DNA of 63,869 bases, filler included, from Aduncisulcus paluster (lineage: Eukaryota), in NCBI GenBank assembly GCA_024181965.1. It is 4 parts of 4 records of this genome, joined end to end, with 100 filler letters (N's around TTAATTAATTAA, not from the genome) between each part and the next. Parts side by side here need not be neighbours in the genome. Positions count along the whole stretch, not along the records: positions 1 to 21,474 come from BQXS01009982.1; positions 21,575 to 41,145 come from BQXS01009984.1; 2 more parts are not named here. One strand, 5' to 3'. The position numbers and the translations under genes were made by a program. The notes beneath the pieces are model-generated. The model saw only the letters and a program-made list of their open reading frames with translations, searched no databases and had not been told where the DNA came from. Of this stretch, positions 12,060 through 23,265 are shown one piece after another. Every line of letters starts with the position of its first letter. Within the stretch, counting starts at the first letter, position 1.

Positions 12060-12857
12060 CTACACAAGATCGTCACCAATATTATATTGTTCAGATATTT
12101 GCCCAGGACCCGTATGAAAATCTTGGGAATCATCGATTTCGACTTGGGGGAAAGCACTACCTCTCGAGTCCAACGGATCCACTTGTTTCCAGGCTAAAAT
12201 TATTACAATGAGAGAATAGGGAAACACTGTGCAAAATATCAATGGATAAAAAAGAATATAAAAAAATACTTTTCCAACAATTCCAGCAGAGGGAATATAA
12301 TAACAACAAATCGCTGGAACTGCAACAATTAGATTCAAAATAGCAAGAATTAATCCATTTAATAACATAGGAATCCAATTATTATGAGCACCTCCAATTT
12401 TCCACCCTTTATAGAGGGAATCTTTGAGATTATCATTCTTTTCGAGTTTAATCAAAATAGAACAACAATACATAATAATGGTGGCAAACAAACCCCAGGG
12501 CATCACAAGAGTGATAACAATTCCAAAAATAATAAGATTGAAAAATCCAATAGTTTTAGAAATATCTTTTAGAGCAAACCAAAGATGGAGTTTTGTATTT
12601 CTTAAAATTAATTCCGAGAGAACTCGAAATATGGCCATCAAAAAAGGCATGTTAAGGAAGAGAAAATAAAATAAACCCCAAATAATCCTCCAACCAAGAT
12701 TGTCGATTTCAAACAAAGCCGTGATGATATCAATAAATAGTGCATATTCAACGCCAACAGAAATTAGATGCTGGGCATTTCCTTTAAATAATAGGAACGC
12801 CTCTCCATAAATTAACCCAAAATGAACATCTTTGTAAGAACAGCTTAGACTTGGCAT
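12060..12857 (-). CDS. Multi-pass membrane hypothetical protein
   Basis: 265-aa ORF with about 5-6 hydrophobic segments and an acidic tail. Confidence 0.7.
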   Translation of the reverse strand: MPSLSCSYKDVHFGLIYGEAFLLFKGNAQHLISVGVEYALFIDIITALFEIDNLGWRIIWGLFYFLFLNMPFLMAIFRVLSELILRNTKLHLWFALKDISKTIGFFNLIIFGIVITLVMPWGLFATIIMYCCSILIKLEKNDNLKDSLYKGWKIGGAHNNWIPMLLNGLILAILNLIVAVPAICCYYIPSAGIVGKVFFYILFYPLIFCTVFPYSLIVIILAWKQVDPLDSRGSAFPQVEIDDSQDFHTGPGQISEQYNIGDDLV

Positions 12858-12976
12858 TTGAGAAAAACACTAAAATAATAAATAATCTTTCGTAATGTTG
12901 TGTTCAAATATGAAACAATTACAGATCAAAACAATTGTGAATCCAGGCAAAATCCTGACAAAACAAGAAAAGCGGA

Positions 12977-13938
12977 TGCGACTTTTTCAATATCCTAAAA
13001 ACGTTAAAATTAATATCCTATGATACCCTTATTCATTTTTTATTTTTTTATTTTTATCTCATACCAGCTTTTCTTGTTTTGGCCACTGGCCAAAACCACC
13101 ATGGTCCGACTACCTACAAGTAGGTTATCAGTACCGATGCGAAAAAATAGTTAAAAATAGTAAAAAATAGCCACCTCGAAAGGCAATGACACACACAGGG
13201 GGTGAAAAATAAATGTTCATTGATCAAGGTCAAGAATATGGCACGAAGAGCCTCCCAAAAGAAGCCTCCCGCCTGAAAAATGCGTTTTTTTAGAAACGTC
13301 AGGTTGGAGAAACATCCACTAGGATCAACGTCTCCATAATCATAATGGAAATCCATTTTGGAACAAGAGCAGGGGCTTTTTCTTAGTTTACCTGAAATAA
13401 CTCCCACCCGACCCTCCACAAAGAAGAAGAAGATCACATGGAGGGCAAAAAAAAAAAAAAAGACTCTATCATATCAAAATCATAAAACAGTTTAAATAAA
13501 ATTATAATACGTTACCGAGTATTTCATCAACAAAATAACGATAACCTTTCACAATATCGCTATATAGATCATCAATAGACTCTATTCGGAATGATTCTCA
13601 CTGCAAATCCAAACGGTCCACATGAGACTCATTTCAAACATCAAATTGATTCCATAAACACTATTCAAATACTATTTGAATTAGTAGTACTAATGGAAAA
13701 GCACAAAATTCCGTCACCAGAAGCGAATGAATAAGGGATGTAAAAATAAATAAAAAATACAGCGTATGTTTAATTGTGTATAATTATTATATTTGTTTTA
13801 TATAAATTCCAGAAAACTCAGACGCTTTTTTAATTTTCATCTCCATGGCTCTATTAAGCAAGCAGATAAAAATAAAAAATGAATAAGGGTATCATGGGAT
13901 ATTAATTTTAACGTTTTTAGAATATTGAAAAAGTCGCA
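12977..13938. mobile_element. Putative non-autonomous inverted-repeat (MITE/foldback-like) element
   Basis: ~70-bp inverted repeat TGCGACTTTTTCAATAT(C/T)CTAAAAACGTTAAAATTAATATCC(T/C)ATGATACCCTTATTCATTTTTTATTTTT at 12977-~13047 and ~13868-13938. Internal sequence has a diverged copy at 36845-37070. No TSD seen. Confidence 0.6.
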
Positions 13939-14008
13939 GTGCGACATAGTCACAAAAAAAATTCATCCAAAAATTTTCTTTGGAATCTCGCGAATCTCAC
14001 ACATAAAT

Positions 14009-14994
14009 ATGGATAAAACCCCGGCACCCTTAACAAAAAGCTTTTTAAATCCCGAAACTACATATACAATTGGAGTATGGCAACGTACTTCATATAATCC
14101 CAAGGATTTGCCACTATTTTTATGCATTGAGGAGAAAGGTGCAACTGTGTCCACCCTTGATTCAAATGGGACACTTTGGAAAGTTATTCCGGATGAATCT
14201 ATTCCGAATGGGTTATTATTACAATGTCTTGATTTCCCATCCCCAGAACATCCCATTCCAACGTATTTAACAGGTGAATTAACCAAAAGTAATGATATAA
14301 AAGATGCTGCTTTATTTAGATTTGAACCGTATAAACAATTTCGTGGAAGAACAAGCGATGTTTCATGTATTTTAGTTCTCCATGGCACAGGTGAGAGATT
14401 GACTGTCACTTGTCACGGAAAAGTAACCTTAACTCCCTTTGCGAAGATTCAAGAACAATATGCGAATGGGGAATATGCTGTTAACAAGGCATGGGAATTC
14501 TCCCCTCTTCTTGATGATATGGAACAATGTGTTGATTTTGTGGAGAGTTTTACTGGTGTGGCAGATGATCTTCGGCAGTTCCTCTCAAAGGAGGAAGAAG
14601 AAGAGGAAGNNNNNNNNNNNNNNNNNNNNGTGAATTAACCAAAAGTAATGATATAAAAGATGCTGCTTTATTTAGATTTGAACCGTATAAACAATTTCGT
14701 GGAAGAACAAGCGATGTTTCATGTATTTTAGTTCTCCATGGCACAGGTGAGAGATTGACTGTCACTTGTCACGGAAAAGTAACCTTAACTCCCTTTGCGA
14801 AGATTCAAGAACAATATGCGAATGGGGAATATGCTGTTAACAAGGCATGGGAATTCTCCCCTCTTCTTGATGATATGGAACAATGTGTTGATTTTGTGGA
14901 GAGTTTTACTGGTGTGGCAGATGATCTTCGGCAGTTCCTCTCAAAGGAGGAAGAAGAAGAGGAAGAAGAAGAGGAAGAAGAGGAAAGTCAATAA
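14009..14994 (+). CDS. Hypothetical protein (~209 aa after removing the duplication), beta-rich with an acidic tail
   Basis: 14274-14609 is duplicated from 14630 across the N gap (offset 356). The merged ORF runs MDKTPAP...EEEESQ in frame. Confidence 0.75.
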
Positions 14995-15283
14995 AATCAT
15001 TTTATTAAAATGTTAGATCTACAAGAACAGAGCTGTGACTCAATTTCCTCGCAATAGTATTTGTTTTTGTGTTCAGATGTATTCCTTAATAAAAGTTGTG
15101 GCGGATGCTTGCTTCAAGAGGCTTTCAAATTTATATTGGGGCTTTCTCTGAATAGGGGGGTAATTTCGAAATAAAAAGGTAATAACTTATTAAATTTGAA
15201 ATTTAATATTTTAAAAATATTATTTTTTGATTATTCACACAATATTTAATATTGAATATTAGCATTTCATACCATTTCTTGAA

Positions 15284-16689
15284 TTATTTCCATGGAAGTA
15301 GAGATAATCGTTCAGCTGCAATGGTTTCCTCTGACATAGCAAACAAAAGAGAGAGGGTTTCGAAATATCGACTATTCTTCTTATTCCTCATTCCTTTCCC
15401 TTCAATCTCACACAATACAACATTATCCAAATCAATAGGAAGGAAGAACCATTCAAAATAATGTTTAGGTTGTGTGAATTCATACTTCTTGAATGTCTTC
15501 TTGCCATCACAATCAGTGAAAGTGAAGAGAAGAGAGGGTGAACTATGCCAGTTATCCACACAGATATAAGCACCTTTCATTGGACTAGGTGATGGGAAAG
15601 GGATGGAAAGATGAGATAAGAGTACATAACCTTCCCCTTTTAACATTTTTTGTGCATCTGAACTCCGATCATACTCCTTAGATTCCTTACTCATCGAATC
15701 ATCCTTGCACTTAACCATTGAGAGTGAGGGATTTACAAGTTTTGGATCATCTCGTGAAATGGGAATAGAAGCTCTACCTTTAGATTCCTCATCTCCTTCC
15801 TTAATAAACTCTGGTTTCACAACTGGAGCTTCAGACCATAGTTTCTCTCTGGCTTCACGAGTCTTGATTTCTTCAGGGGTTTCTTCTCTNNNNNNNNNNN
15901 NNNNNNNNNGATGGAAAGATGAGATAAGAGTACATAACCTTCCCCTTTTAACATTTTTTGTGCATCTGAACTCCGATCATACTCCTTAGATTCCTTACTC
16001 ATCGAATCATCCTTGCACTTAACCATTGAGAGTGAGGGATTTACAAGTTTTGGATCATCTCGTGAAATGGGAATAGAAGCTCTACCTTTAGATTCCTCAT
16101 CTCCTTCCTTAATAAACTCTGGTTTCACAACTGGAGCTTCAGACCATAGTTTCTCTCTGGCTTCACGAGTTTTGATTTCTTCAGGGGTTTCTTCTCTACT
16201 AATGAAAACGAGGGAATCGATTCCAAACCACTCTTTCTCTCTTCCTTTCCCTGTAATCTCACACAGAACAACATCAGAGAGATCAACAGGAATGAAATAC
16301 CAATGATAGCCTTTAAATCCAGGAAATTCGTATTTCTTGGATGTTTTATCACCCTTTGAAGATGTGAGAGTGAAGATAAGGTGTGATGGAGGTGAAAAGC
16401 TTGATAGACAGATATAAGCCCCTTTCATAGGGGAAGATGAAGAGAAAGGAATGGAGATATGAGTAAAATATCCACAATTATTCTCTCCTTTCATCATCTT
16501 TTGTGCTTTAGAATTCTGATTGTACTTTTCATCACCTTCTCCCTTGGTTTCATCTATTGCTTCGATAGTTGGAAGCTCTGCACTCTTAATATTAGGGGCA
16601 TCTCTAGGAATTGGACAGCATCTCTCATCTCCCTCAAGAACAAACTCTGGTTCCACAGTTTGAATAACAGCATCTGTGGATGAACTCAT
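15284..16689 (-). CDS. Lineage-specific protein with two tandem ~175-aa homologous domains (~365 aa merged)
   Basis: Duplication across the gap (offset 308). Two related units: PEF..EGD...PI.RD.P...AQKM.KGE....HxSIPF.S.SPMKGAYIC...KKYEF...W.F.P.DL..VVLCEI.GKG...EET. Confidence 0.8.
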
Positions 16690-17703
16690 TTGAATATAGG
16701 TAGAATTTCTTATCTAAAAAACAAAACCAAACAGAATAACAATAGTATTTGTGAACGAACAGAATAATTGCAAATTTCAAAGAGAACAGTCCGAGAAACA
16801 AAGACAAAACAAACAAAACGAACAAGAAACGACCACACAGCACAATATAGTTAGTATAATTGAATGTATCCGGTTAAAATATTTCTTAATATACATTTAA
16901 TAATAGATGTGACATATAGTAAACATACGATTTGCTCTAAAAGCGGGAAAAGATGGCCACCAAACTTACAACTCTCAATTGACAACCTTTGAAATTGATA
17001 TCGCATAAGATATACATAAAAATATATGAACATTTTCTTTGGATTATATATTGCATGCCATCCTTGTGAATCCACTCCTGATACAAAATCGTTTCATAAG
17101 TCCCAGTTTTGTTTACATATTGGATTCTAAAGTGACATAATATGCCGATAAGTTGCAATTGAAATCTATGAATATTGTGAATATATCATCGACTTATTGG
17201 CAGAGAAGCTATACTTCTGGTTTCCTTTGGGATTCGCATTGTTCTCAACTCTTCTCTGCTTGATTGATAATTCATTTATAAGATGCTGCTCCGATTCGTC
17301 CGAGTATGATATTGAGTTGTAGAGGCATCATCCATCGGTATAGCAGTGCTTTTGATCCAGAACAGATGAGCTGGTCAGTTCTGCGGTTGTCCCATTTGCT
17401 GCTTGCGTCATTGCAGTGGTTGATTTTGCTGAGGTTTCGAATAAGGTTCATAAAGAATAATCTCTATTTTTATTTTTAATGGGATAGATATTCACAATCG
17501 AAAGGCATAGAGAAAAAGCTTACAAAATATCTGGGCTAAAAACACAATATAACTCAGAAATAAGCAAAAATAACGAGAATAAGGATTAAAAAAAAGGAGG
17601 AATCGCAGGCTGCAGCAGAGCGGCGACTACAACAGAAATCACGTAGAGTTCCATTCAACAATAGCATTTATCAGATAACCGTTCACCATTCAATACAAAT
17701 AAA

Positions 17704-19578
17704 CTACTTTTGCTGATCGATCACACCAGTTGAATCTTCTTCAATAATTTCACATTGTTCCATTTCCTCCTCATCTTTCATATCAGAAATATCTTCTCCC
17801 TTCCTTTTCTTGTATTCAATTATTCTCTCTCTTCCACGTCTTTTCCTGCCCTTTCTTCCATCTTCGACCAAACCTCCAACCCAAATTCCCAGGACACGAA
17901 CAAAGGTACGATCATCGAAGCATTGCTGAACTTCCACAGTTCCTCGACAAAGAGGTTCAGAATCGCATACAGAGGACACGGTATCAAACTTCAAAGATCT
18001 TGGGAGGACAAACATCACTTCACTGCACAAACTCAAGCAAGAATGCAAAAGACCACAGAAACCTCCGGGAAGAGGAACTGCTGTGGCCAATGGATACCCC
18101 GTCCGAGCATACATTTCTCCTCCCCAGGGTGGAGATGACAATATTGCATGAATCTTGGTGTCCATGGCAGATACTTGCCTGAGTCCAACCTCATATGAGG
18201 CAACAATGGGCATTATTTTGTGAGCAACGCCGTACACATGGGCATTGTGAACAAGACACTGGATTGTGAAGGGATCAACATCAATGCAAACGACAAGCTT
18301 CACCCTTTCATCTCTTGCGATAGAGATAGCATTACCTCCAGCACCAGCACAAACATCCACAACGACGTATCTATCCTCTCCACCGCCATAAAGAACATCC
18401 AGACGATCACAGAGTTTAGTAGTGATACTGTCTGCAATGGAATGAGGAGTAATCGAGTAAAAGGCCTCGTGAGTCAGGAGACAATCATCAAAGCGAGAAA
18501 ATAGGGCCTGACGACGCTCATACATTTTTCTCGGGGGATTGTGATCCTTCCAATCCTTTCCAAGATGCATTGCTGGAGGAAGAAGGACATTGGGCACGGA
18601 AGCAGGAGCAATATCAGTAGGTTTGAAGGACAACTGTGATGGGTCTAAAGAGGTTGTTTTGTGGGAAGAAGGAACAAAGACAGAACCTTGAAGTTTGTTG
18701 AAGTAAGCTGGATCCAAAGAAACTCCTTCGGCCCTTTGTTGGGCGAATTGTGGAGCAACTTTAGAGGATGACATCCCTAACTTGGGGGAAAACAAGAGAG
18801 TACCATTGGATACCATTGTGTAATCACGGTCTTTAACACTTTCAACACTTCCCCACACGTCTTCTATACTCAATCCACGGAGGAGAAACTCGGCAGAAAG
18901 AGAATGATAGTATGGAATGGAAGGGTATGACGAGGTCACGATTATTCTAGAATGAGGGCATCTCCAGAGAGCTGGCTCAATCTCGGAAATGGCTCCTTCT
19001 TTTGCTGTGGGATATGGAGACATTGGTGATTTGAATACACATGGGGAAACAGAAGTCTGACCTGAGGTGGCAAGAGGGGTTGAAAATAATGTTTCAGATG
19101 GTCTCTTCTGTTGTTTTTGAATCTGTTTCATTTGTTTCTTTCGGGAAGCCCGTTTGTTAAGTGTTTCAGATTCAACTGATCCAGAACTACCAAATCCTTT
19201 CGTCGATAGAGCTTTCTTCTCTTTTGTTTTTGAACTAACTCCGCCGAGATTCTTCATATTAGGGGGGAGTTCAGATGGAGGTGCAGGAACCGATGGTTTT
19301 AAAATTCGTGTTTCTGAATGGGGAGAAGTGGCATCTGTTTCCTTTGGTTCACCATGCTCTAAACTACGAGACGATGATTCACTAGATTCTGATTCTTCAT
19401 TTGACGATTCATAAGAGTAAGTGTACTCAGTTTCACTTGATTCATTATCTTCGATGATGTCAGAAACGACTTTAGTTTTGGAGGGATTCTTCCCTTTTTC
19501 TGAGACAGGATTTTCATGTTGAAGTTTATGAATAAATAATATGTCTTTTGGAATCTTGTTTGCGCTCTTTTTACCCAT
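17704..19578 (-). CDS. TGS1: Trimethylguanosine synthase (RNA cap hypermethylase)
   Basis: LFSRFD, FYSITPHSIA, SAM-binding motif VVDVCAGAGGNAI, HNAHVYGV and SPPWGG. Confidence 0.9.
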   Translation of the reverse strand: MGKKSANKIPKDILFIHKLQHENPVSEKGKNPSKTKVVSDIIEDNESSETEYTYSYESSNEESESSESSSRSLEHGEPKETDATSPHSETRILKPSVPAPPSELPPNMKNLGGVSSKTKEKKALSTKGFGSSGSVESETLNKRASRKKQMKQIQKQQKRPSETLFSTPLATSGQTSVSPCVFKSPMSPYPTAKEGAISEIEPALWRCPHSRIIVTSSYPSIPYYHSLSAEFLLRGLSIEDVWGSVESVKDRDYTMVSNGTLLFSPKLGMSSSKVAPQFAQQRAEGVSLDPAYFNKLQGSVFVPSSHKTTSLDPSQLSFKPTDIAPASVPNVLLPPAMHLGKDWKDHNPPRKMYERRQALFSRFDDCLLTHEAFYSITPHSIADSITTKLCDRLDVLYGGGEDRYVVVDVCAGAGGNAISIARDERVKLVVCIDVDPFTIQCLVHNAHVYGVAHKIMPIVASYEVGLRQVSAMDTKIHAILSSPPWGGEMYARTGYPLATAVPLPGGFCGLLHSCLSLCSEVMFVLPRSLKFDTVSSVCDSEPLCRGTVEVQQCFDDRTFVRVLGIWVGGLVEDGRKGRKRRGRERIIEYKKRKGEDISDMKDEEEMEQCEIIEEDSTGVIDQQK

Positions 19579-20065
19579 ATCTGATCACAAAATATTCAAA
19601 ATGTGTGATCCAAACTACTAGTTTATTTCTAGTAGAAATAAAACTATATGGACATTTTCTTTCTATCATATATTGCTTGACATCGTTGTGAATCTACTCC
19701 TGACAGAAGCTTCAAGTTGATGGCAATGCATCATGATCTCATTCAAATCTTGACAATAATATCATCTATAAAGATGATTTTTATACTAATAAATGTAATG
19801 AGAGGCAAATAATTATATTTATCTTCATGAATTAGTTTTATTTACTCAGCTGCTAAAAATCTTTATATATGATGGTATGGCGTCCTCGTATCAAAGAAAA
19901 AATATTTTAAATAAGATGTTTATATCAATTATTTTATTCGATGTAGTTCATATGATCTGGGATGCTTAGTTTTCAGAGATATCCAATGAGTTGCTCAAGA
20001 TCTAAAAATATATAGCCTATCACTATGCAGTAATTCCTTGTTTCGTGGATTAAGAAGATCGAAGA

Positions 20066-20973
20066 ATGGCCCATTTGAAAGTATGTGGTTATAATATTTG
20101 AAAATATATTTATTGGATGCTTGATATGAGTTCTGGATCCACGAATTTCAACATGTTTTGTTATTTACTGTTTTAAAACATTTTTAATTTATTTTAATCC
20201 CTTTTCAATTATTTTAGCGTCTTAACGCCCCAAAGCACTGGATGTTGGACAAGATGTCCGGAGTTTGGGCTCCCCGCCCTAGTTCTGGTCCTCACAAGCT
20301 CCGTGAGTGTCTTCCCCTTTCCATCATTCTTCGTAACCGTCTTAAATTCGCCCTTAGCCACCGTGAGGCTGGTATGATCTGCCGTCGTCGTCTTGTTAAG
20401 GTTGATGGAAAGATCCGCACTGACCCCGGTTTCCCTGCTGGTTTCCAGGACGTTGTTACTCTCCCCAAGTCTGGTGATTCTTACCGTCTTGTTTTTGATG
20501 TCAAGGGACGTTTCCGCCTCCACCCCATCGATGCTGCTGAGCAAACCAAGAAACTCCTCCGTGTCAAGAAAACTTTCCTTGGCCCTAAGGGTATCCCATT
20601 TGCTGCCACCCATGATGGTCGTACTATCCGTTACCCTCACCCTGATATCAAGGCCAATGACACCCTTGTCTACGATTTTGAGAAGAACGAGGTGACTAAA
20701 GTTCTCAAGTTTGAGGCTCATAAGTTTGCTGCCATCACCGGTGGAAAGAATATTGGTCGTACTGGTATCATTCACCACACTGAGAGACACCCTGGTTCCT
20801 TCACCGCTGTTCAGATCAAAGATGCTGCTGGCCACATTTTCGCCACTCGTTTGGAGAATGTGTTCATCATTGGTGATGAGAAGCCTATCTTCGATATGCC
20901 TAAGGGAGATGGTATCCGTAAGGACATCATTGCTGATCGTAAAGAGAAGATCCTCAAGGGTAGAAAGCACTAA
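20066..20973 (+). CDS. RPS4: 40S ribosomal protein S4 (eS4); exons 20066-20080 and 20218-20973
   Basis: Spliced MAHLK|RLNAPKHWMLDK...PRPSSGPHKLRECLPL. Intron GTATGT...TTTTAG at 20081-20217 (phase 0). Confidence 0.96.
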
Positions 20974-21020
20974 GTGAAATAAAATATTTACTATGACAGG
21001 GGTGTACATCTTGCAGCCGC

Positions 21021-21078
21021 TGGCTGCCAACGAGAAATTTGGCTGCAATTGGCTGCAATTGGCTGCCAAGTGGCTGCA
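21021..21078 (+). repeat. Short degenerate tandem array of TGGCTGC (10-11 nt period)
   Basis: TGGCTGCCAA..TGGCTGCAAT TGGCTGCAAT TGGCTGCCAAG TGGCTGCATT downstream of RPS4. Confidence 0.7.
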
Positions 21079-21474
21079 TTTTGCGTTTTTTTTTGAAAAT
21101 AACTCCACAAATTTCGTGATTTGAATCTCTTTTTTTTGCATCGTTTCGCAATAATTATGGGTTTATACGGCTCTATTTCATATTCTACATTGTATATACA
21201 CTTCATATGAGACATTTCTCGGATCCTTTCTTCTACTTTCTTGGATAAGAAGATGATCATTGATTGAGGTGAAATTACGAATATAAATGAAATGCCATCT
21301 CAAGAAAAAATGTTTTTAAAGATATTAATAATACAAAAAGGCCATATTAGGCAATGTTCTTTTATTATTCTGCTCAAATACGAATCAACCTAAAATTATC
21401 CTACAGCATGCTATATTAAATATTTTCTTCCAAAAGTTTACTTTTTTACTTTTAATGGACAAGTAATTTGACTA

Positions 21475-21574
21475 NNNNNNNNNNNNNNNNNNNNNNNNNN
21501 NNNNNNNNNNNNNNNNNNTTAATTAATTAANNNNNNNNNNNNNNNNNNNNNNNNNNNNNNNNNNNNNNNNNNNN
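21475..21574. other. Artificial contig junction (N-TTAATTAATTAA-N linker)
   Basis: Linker with stops in all six frames, flanked by N runs. Confidence 0.95.
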
Positions 21575-21575
21575 C

Positions 21576-21731
21576 ACGGTGTGTGTTGGGCCTGAGTACA
21601 TTACCATCATGGAATTGGAACTCACATACATGCTTACTGAAGTAATTCCGTGCTTCGTTCTTTCCATTGGATATCTGCTCCGAATGATGGATCTAAAGCG
21701 TAAATTGGAACAAAGGCAGGCCTTATTATGA
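21576..21731 (+). CDS. 3' end of a membrane-protein gene cut by the contig start
   Basis: Open frame TVCVGPEYITIMELELTYMLTEVIPCFVLSIGYLLRMMDLKRKLEQRQALL*: one TM helix followed by a basic tail. Confidence 0.5.
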   Translation, partial: TVCVGPEYITIMELELTYMLTEVIPCFVLSIGYLLRMMDLKRKLEQRQALL

Positions 21732-22340
21732 AATCATGGAAGGAACATTGTATTTTTAACCGAAAAACAGAAACAATTCCCCTTTATGTGAAAGATTTTC
21801 CTGTATTATTATTTCTTATGTTTTCACATTTTTTTTATCATTTTAAATACAATTTACCCGCTTTTTACTCTTCTCAATCTTATTGTATTTGTCCAGGTCT
21901 CTTTTCGATTGTTCTCTTTCTCAAGGTAAATAGACAAGTTACCTTTCATCCCTTCACTATTCCCGTTGGCTAGGATATCCTTCAACGCCTTATAACAGTA
22001 TAACAAGTAAAGCGATCAATTTGTCTTCTTTCGTTGCCGTCAACATAGGAAAGGAAATGCCATTTCGCATTACCAAGTTGGAAAATACATGTAGAAAAGA
22101 TGAAATAAACATTAATAAGTCGAACTCGCCCTTTTTAACTTTGTAATCCACATCTTTACGATCCTCCAAAATTCGAACCACCAAAATTTGTTCAAGTTGA
22201 ATGGTCTTTTTTCGATATTCGTCCTTGAAATGAGCTCAACATATGGATTTCTGAGACAATACTGACAAATACCCAAACTACTCTTATAATTTTGCCTTCT
22301 AATGGTGTTATCGATCAAATTGATCACATTCAAAAGAACA

Positions 22341-22597
22341 AATTCTAAAAATAGAATATCTAAAAATAGAACCCAAACTGTAAAATGTTTGAAAATAGAA
22401 TATTACAGATATAAATTGATATAAAAGTGATGTATAAACAAGATAAAGTTATTATTTTGAAGAATAGATTAAGAAGAGGGAAAAAGTGTAAAATACATTA
22501 AAAACAGACAATAAAATTAATAATAATCATCTTCTAAAGCATTTCAAAAGATATTCAAAATGTGAATTCTATTTTTAGATATTCTATTTTTAGAATT
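22341..22597. repeat. 31-bp perfect inverted repeat enclosing ~195 bp of AT-rich DNA (MITE-like)
   Basis: AATTCTAAAAATAGAATATCTAAAAATAGAA at 22341-22371; its reverse complement at 22567-22597. Confidence 0.7.
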
Positions 22598-22642
22598 CAT
22601 ATAAAATGCTATGTAAATAATTTTCATGAATCTTATTTCATC

Positions 22643-22716
22643 GGAGGGCTGGTCTAGATGGTTATGACGTCACGCTAACATCGTGAAGGTGCCGGGTTCA
22701 ATCCCCGGGTCCTCTA
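22643..22716 (+). tRNA. tRNA-Val (anticodon AAC)
   Basis: Acceptor GGAGGGC/GTCCTCT, D arm GTC..GAC, anticodon arm TCACG-CTAACAT-CGTGA, T arm CCGGG-TTCAATC-CCCGG; followed by a TTTTT Pol III terminator. Confidence 0.93.
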
Positions 22717-23265
22717 TTTTTCCAATTTGGTCTACTGCGTATTTTGACAACAAACTCTTGTTAGTTTATCTGGGATTTATGTCCGTGAACAAATTTATTA
22801 AAATAAAAGCGCAAAATCTCTTTACAATAATTTTTGGATCTCCCAGAAATGGAAGTCAAAAAAGTATTAATCTCTGCAAGGTGGCGACAATAATTAATTC
22901 GAATTATATTAATATAAAAATTAATATAATTATAATCCTAAAATAAAATAATAAAATAAACCATTGTAATATCAGTCCTGCTAACACTCTGTTTTCTTCC
23001 GAAAAACTCTTTGTTCAGCCCTAAAACAATATCTCTGTGTTTTTTTTTTAATCAAGAACCAGTTCAATAACAAATTTCTAATTGCCAAATATAAGGAACA
23101 CCATTCATGAAAACAGTTTTACTCTGTTAAATATGATAAATTTGTGAATTATCAGGCATTAATAAACTGGTAAGAATCAAACTATTAAGAATCAGTCGAA
23201 TAAGTCTTCTAGAATACAATAATGAGACATAAAGATAGGAAAACAATCATTGACATGCGCAAAAC

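Noticed and set aside
21475-21574. TTAATTAATTAA palindrome repeated three times in the window
   Set aside because: Synthetic contig linker; genes across it are not necessarily neighbours.
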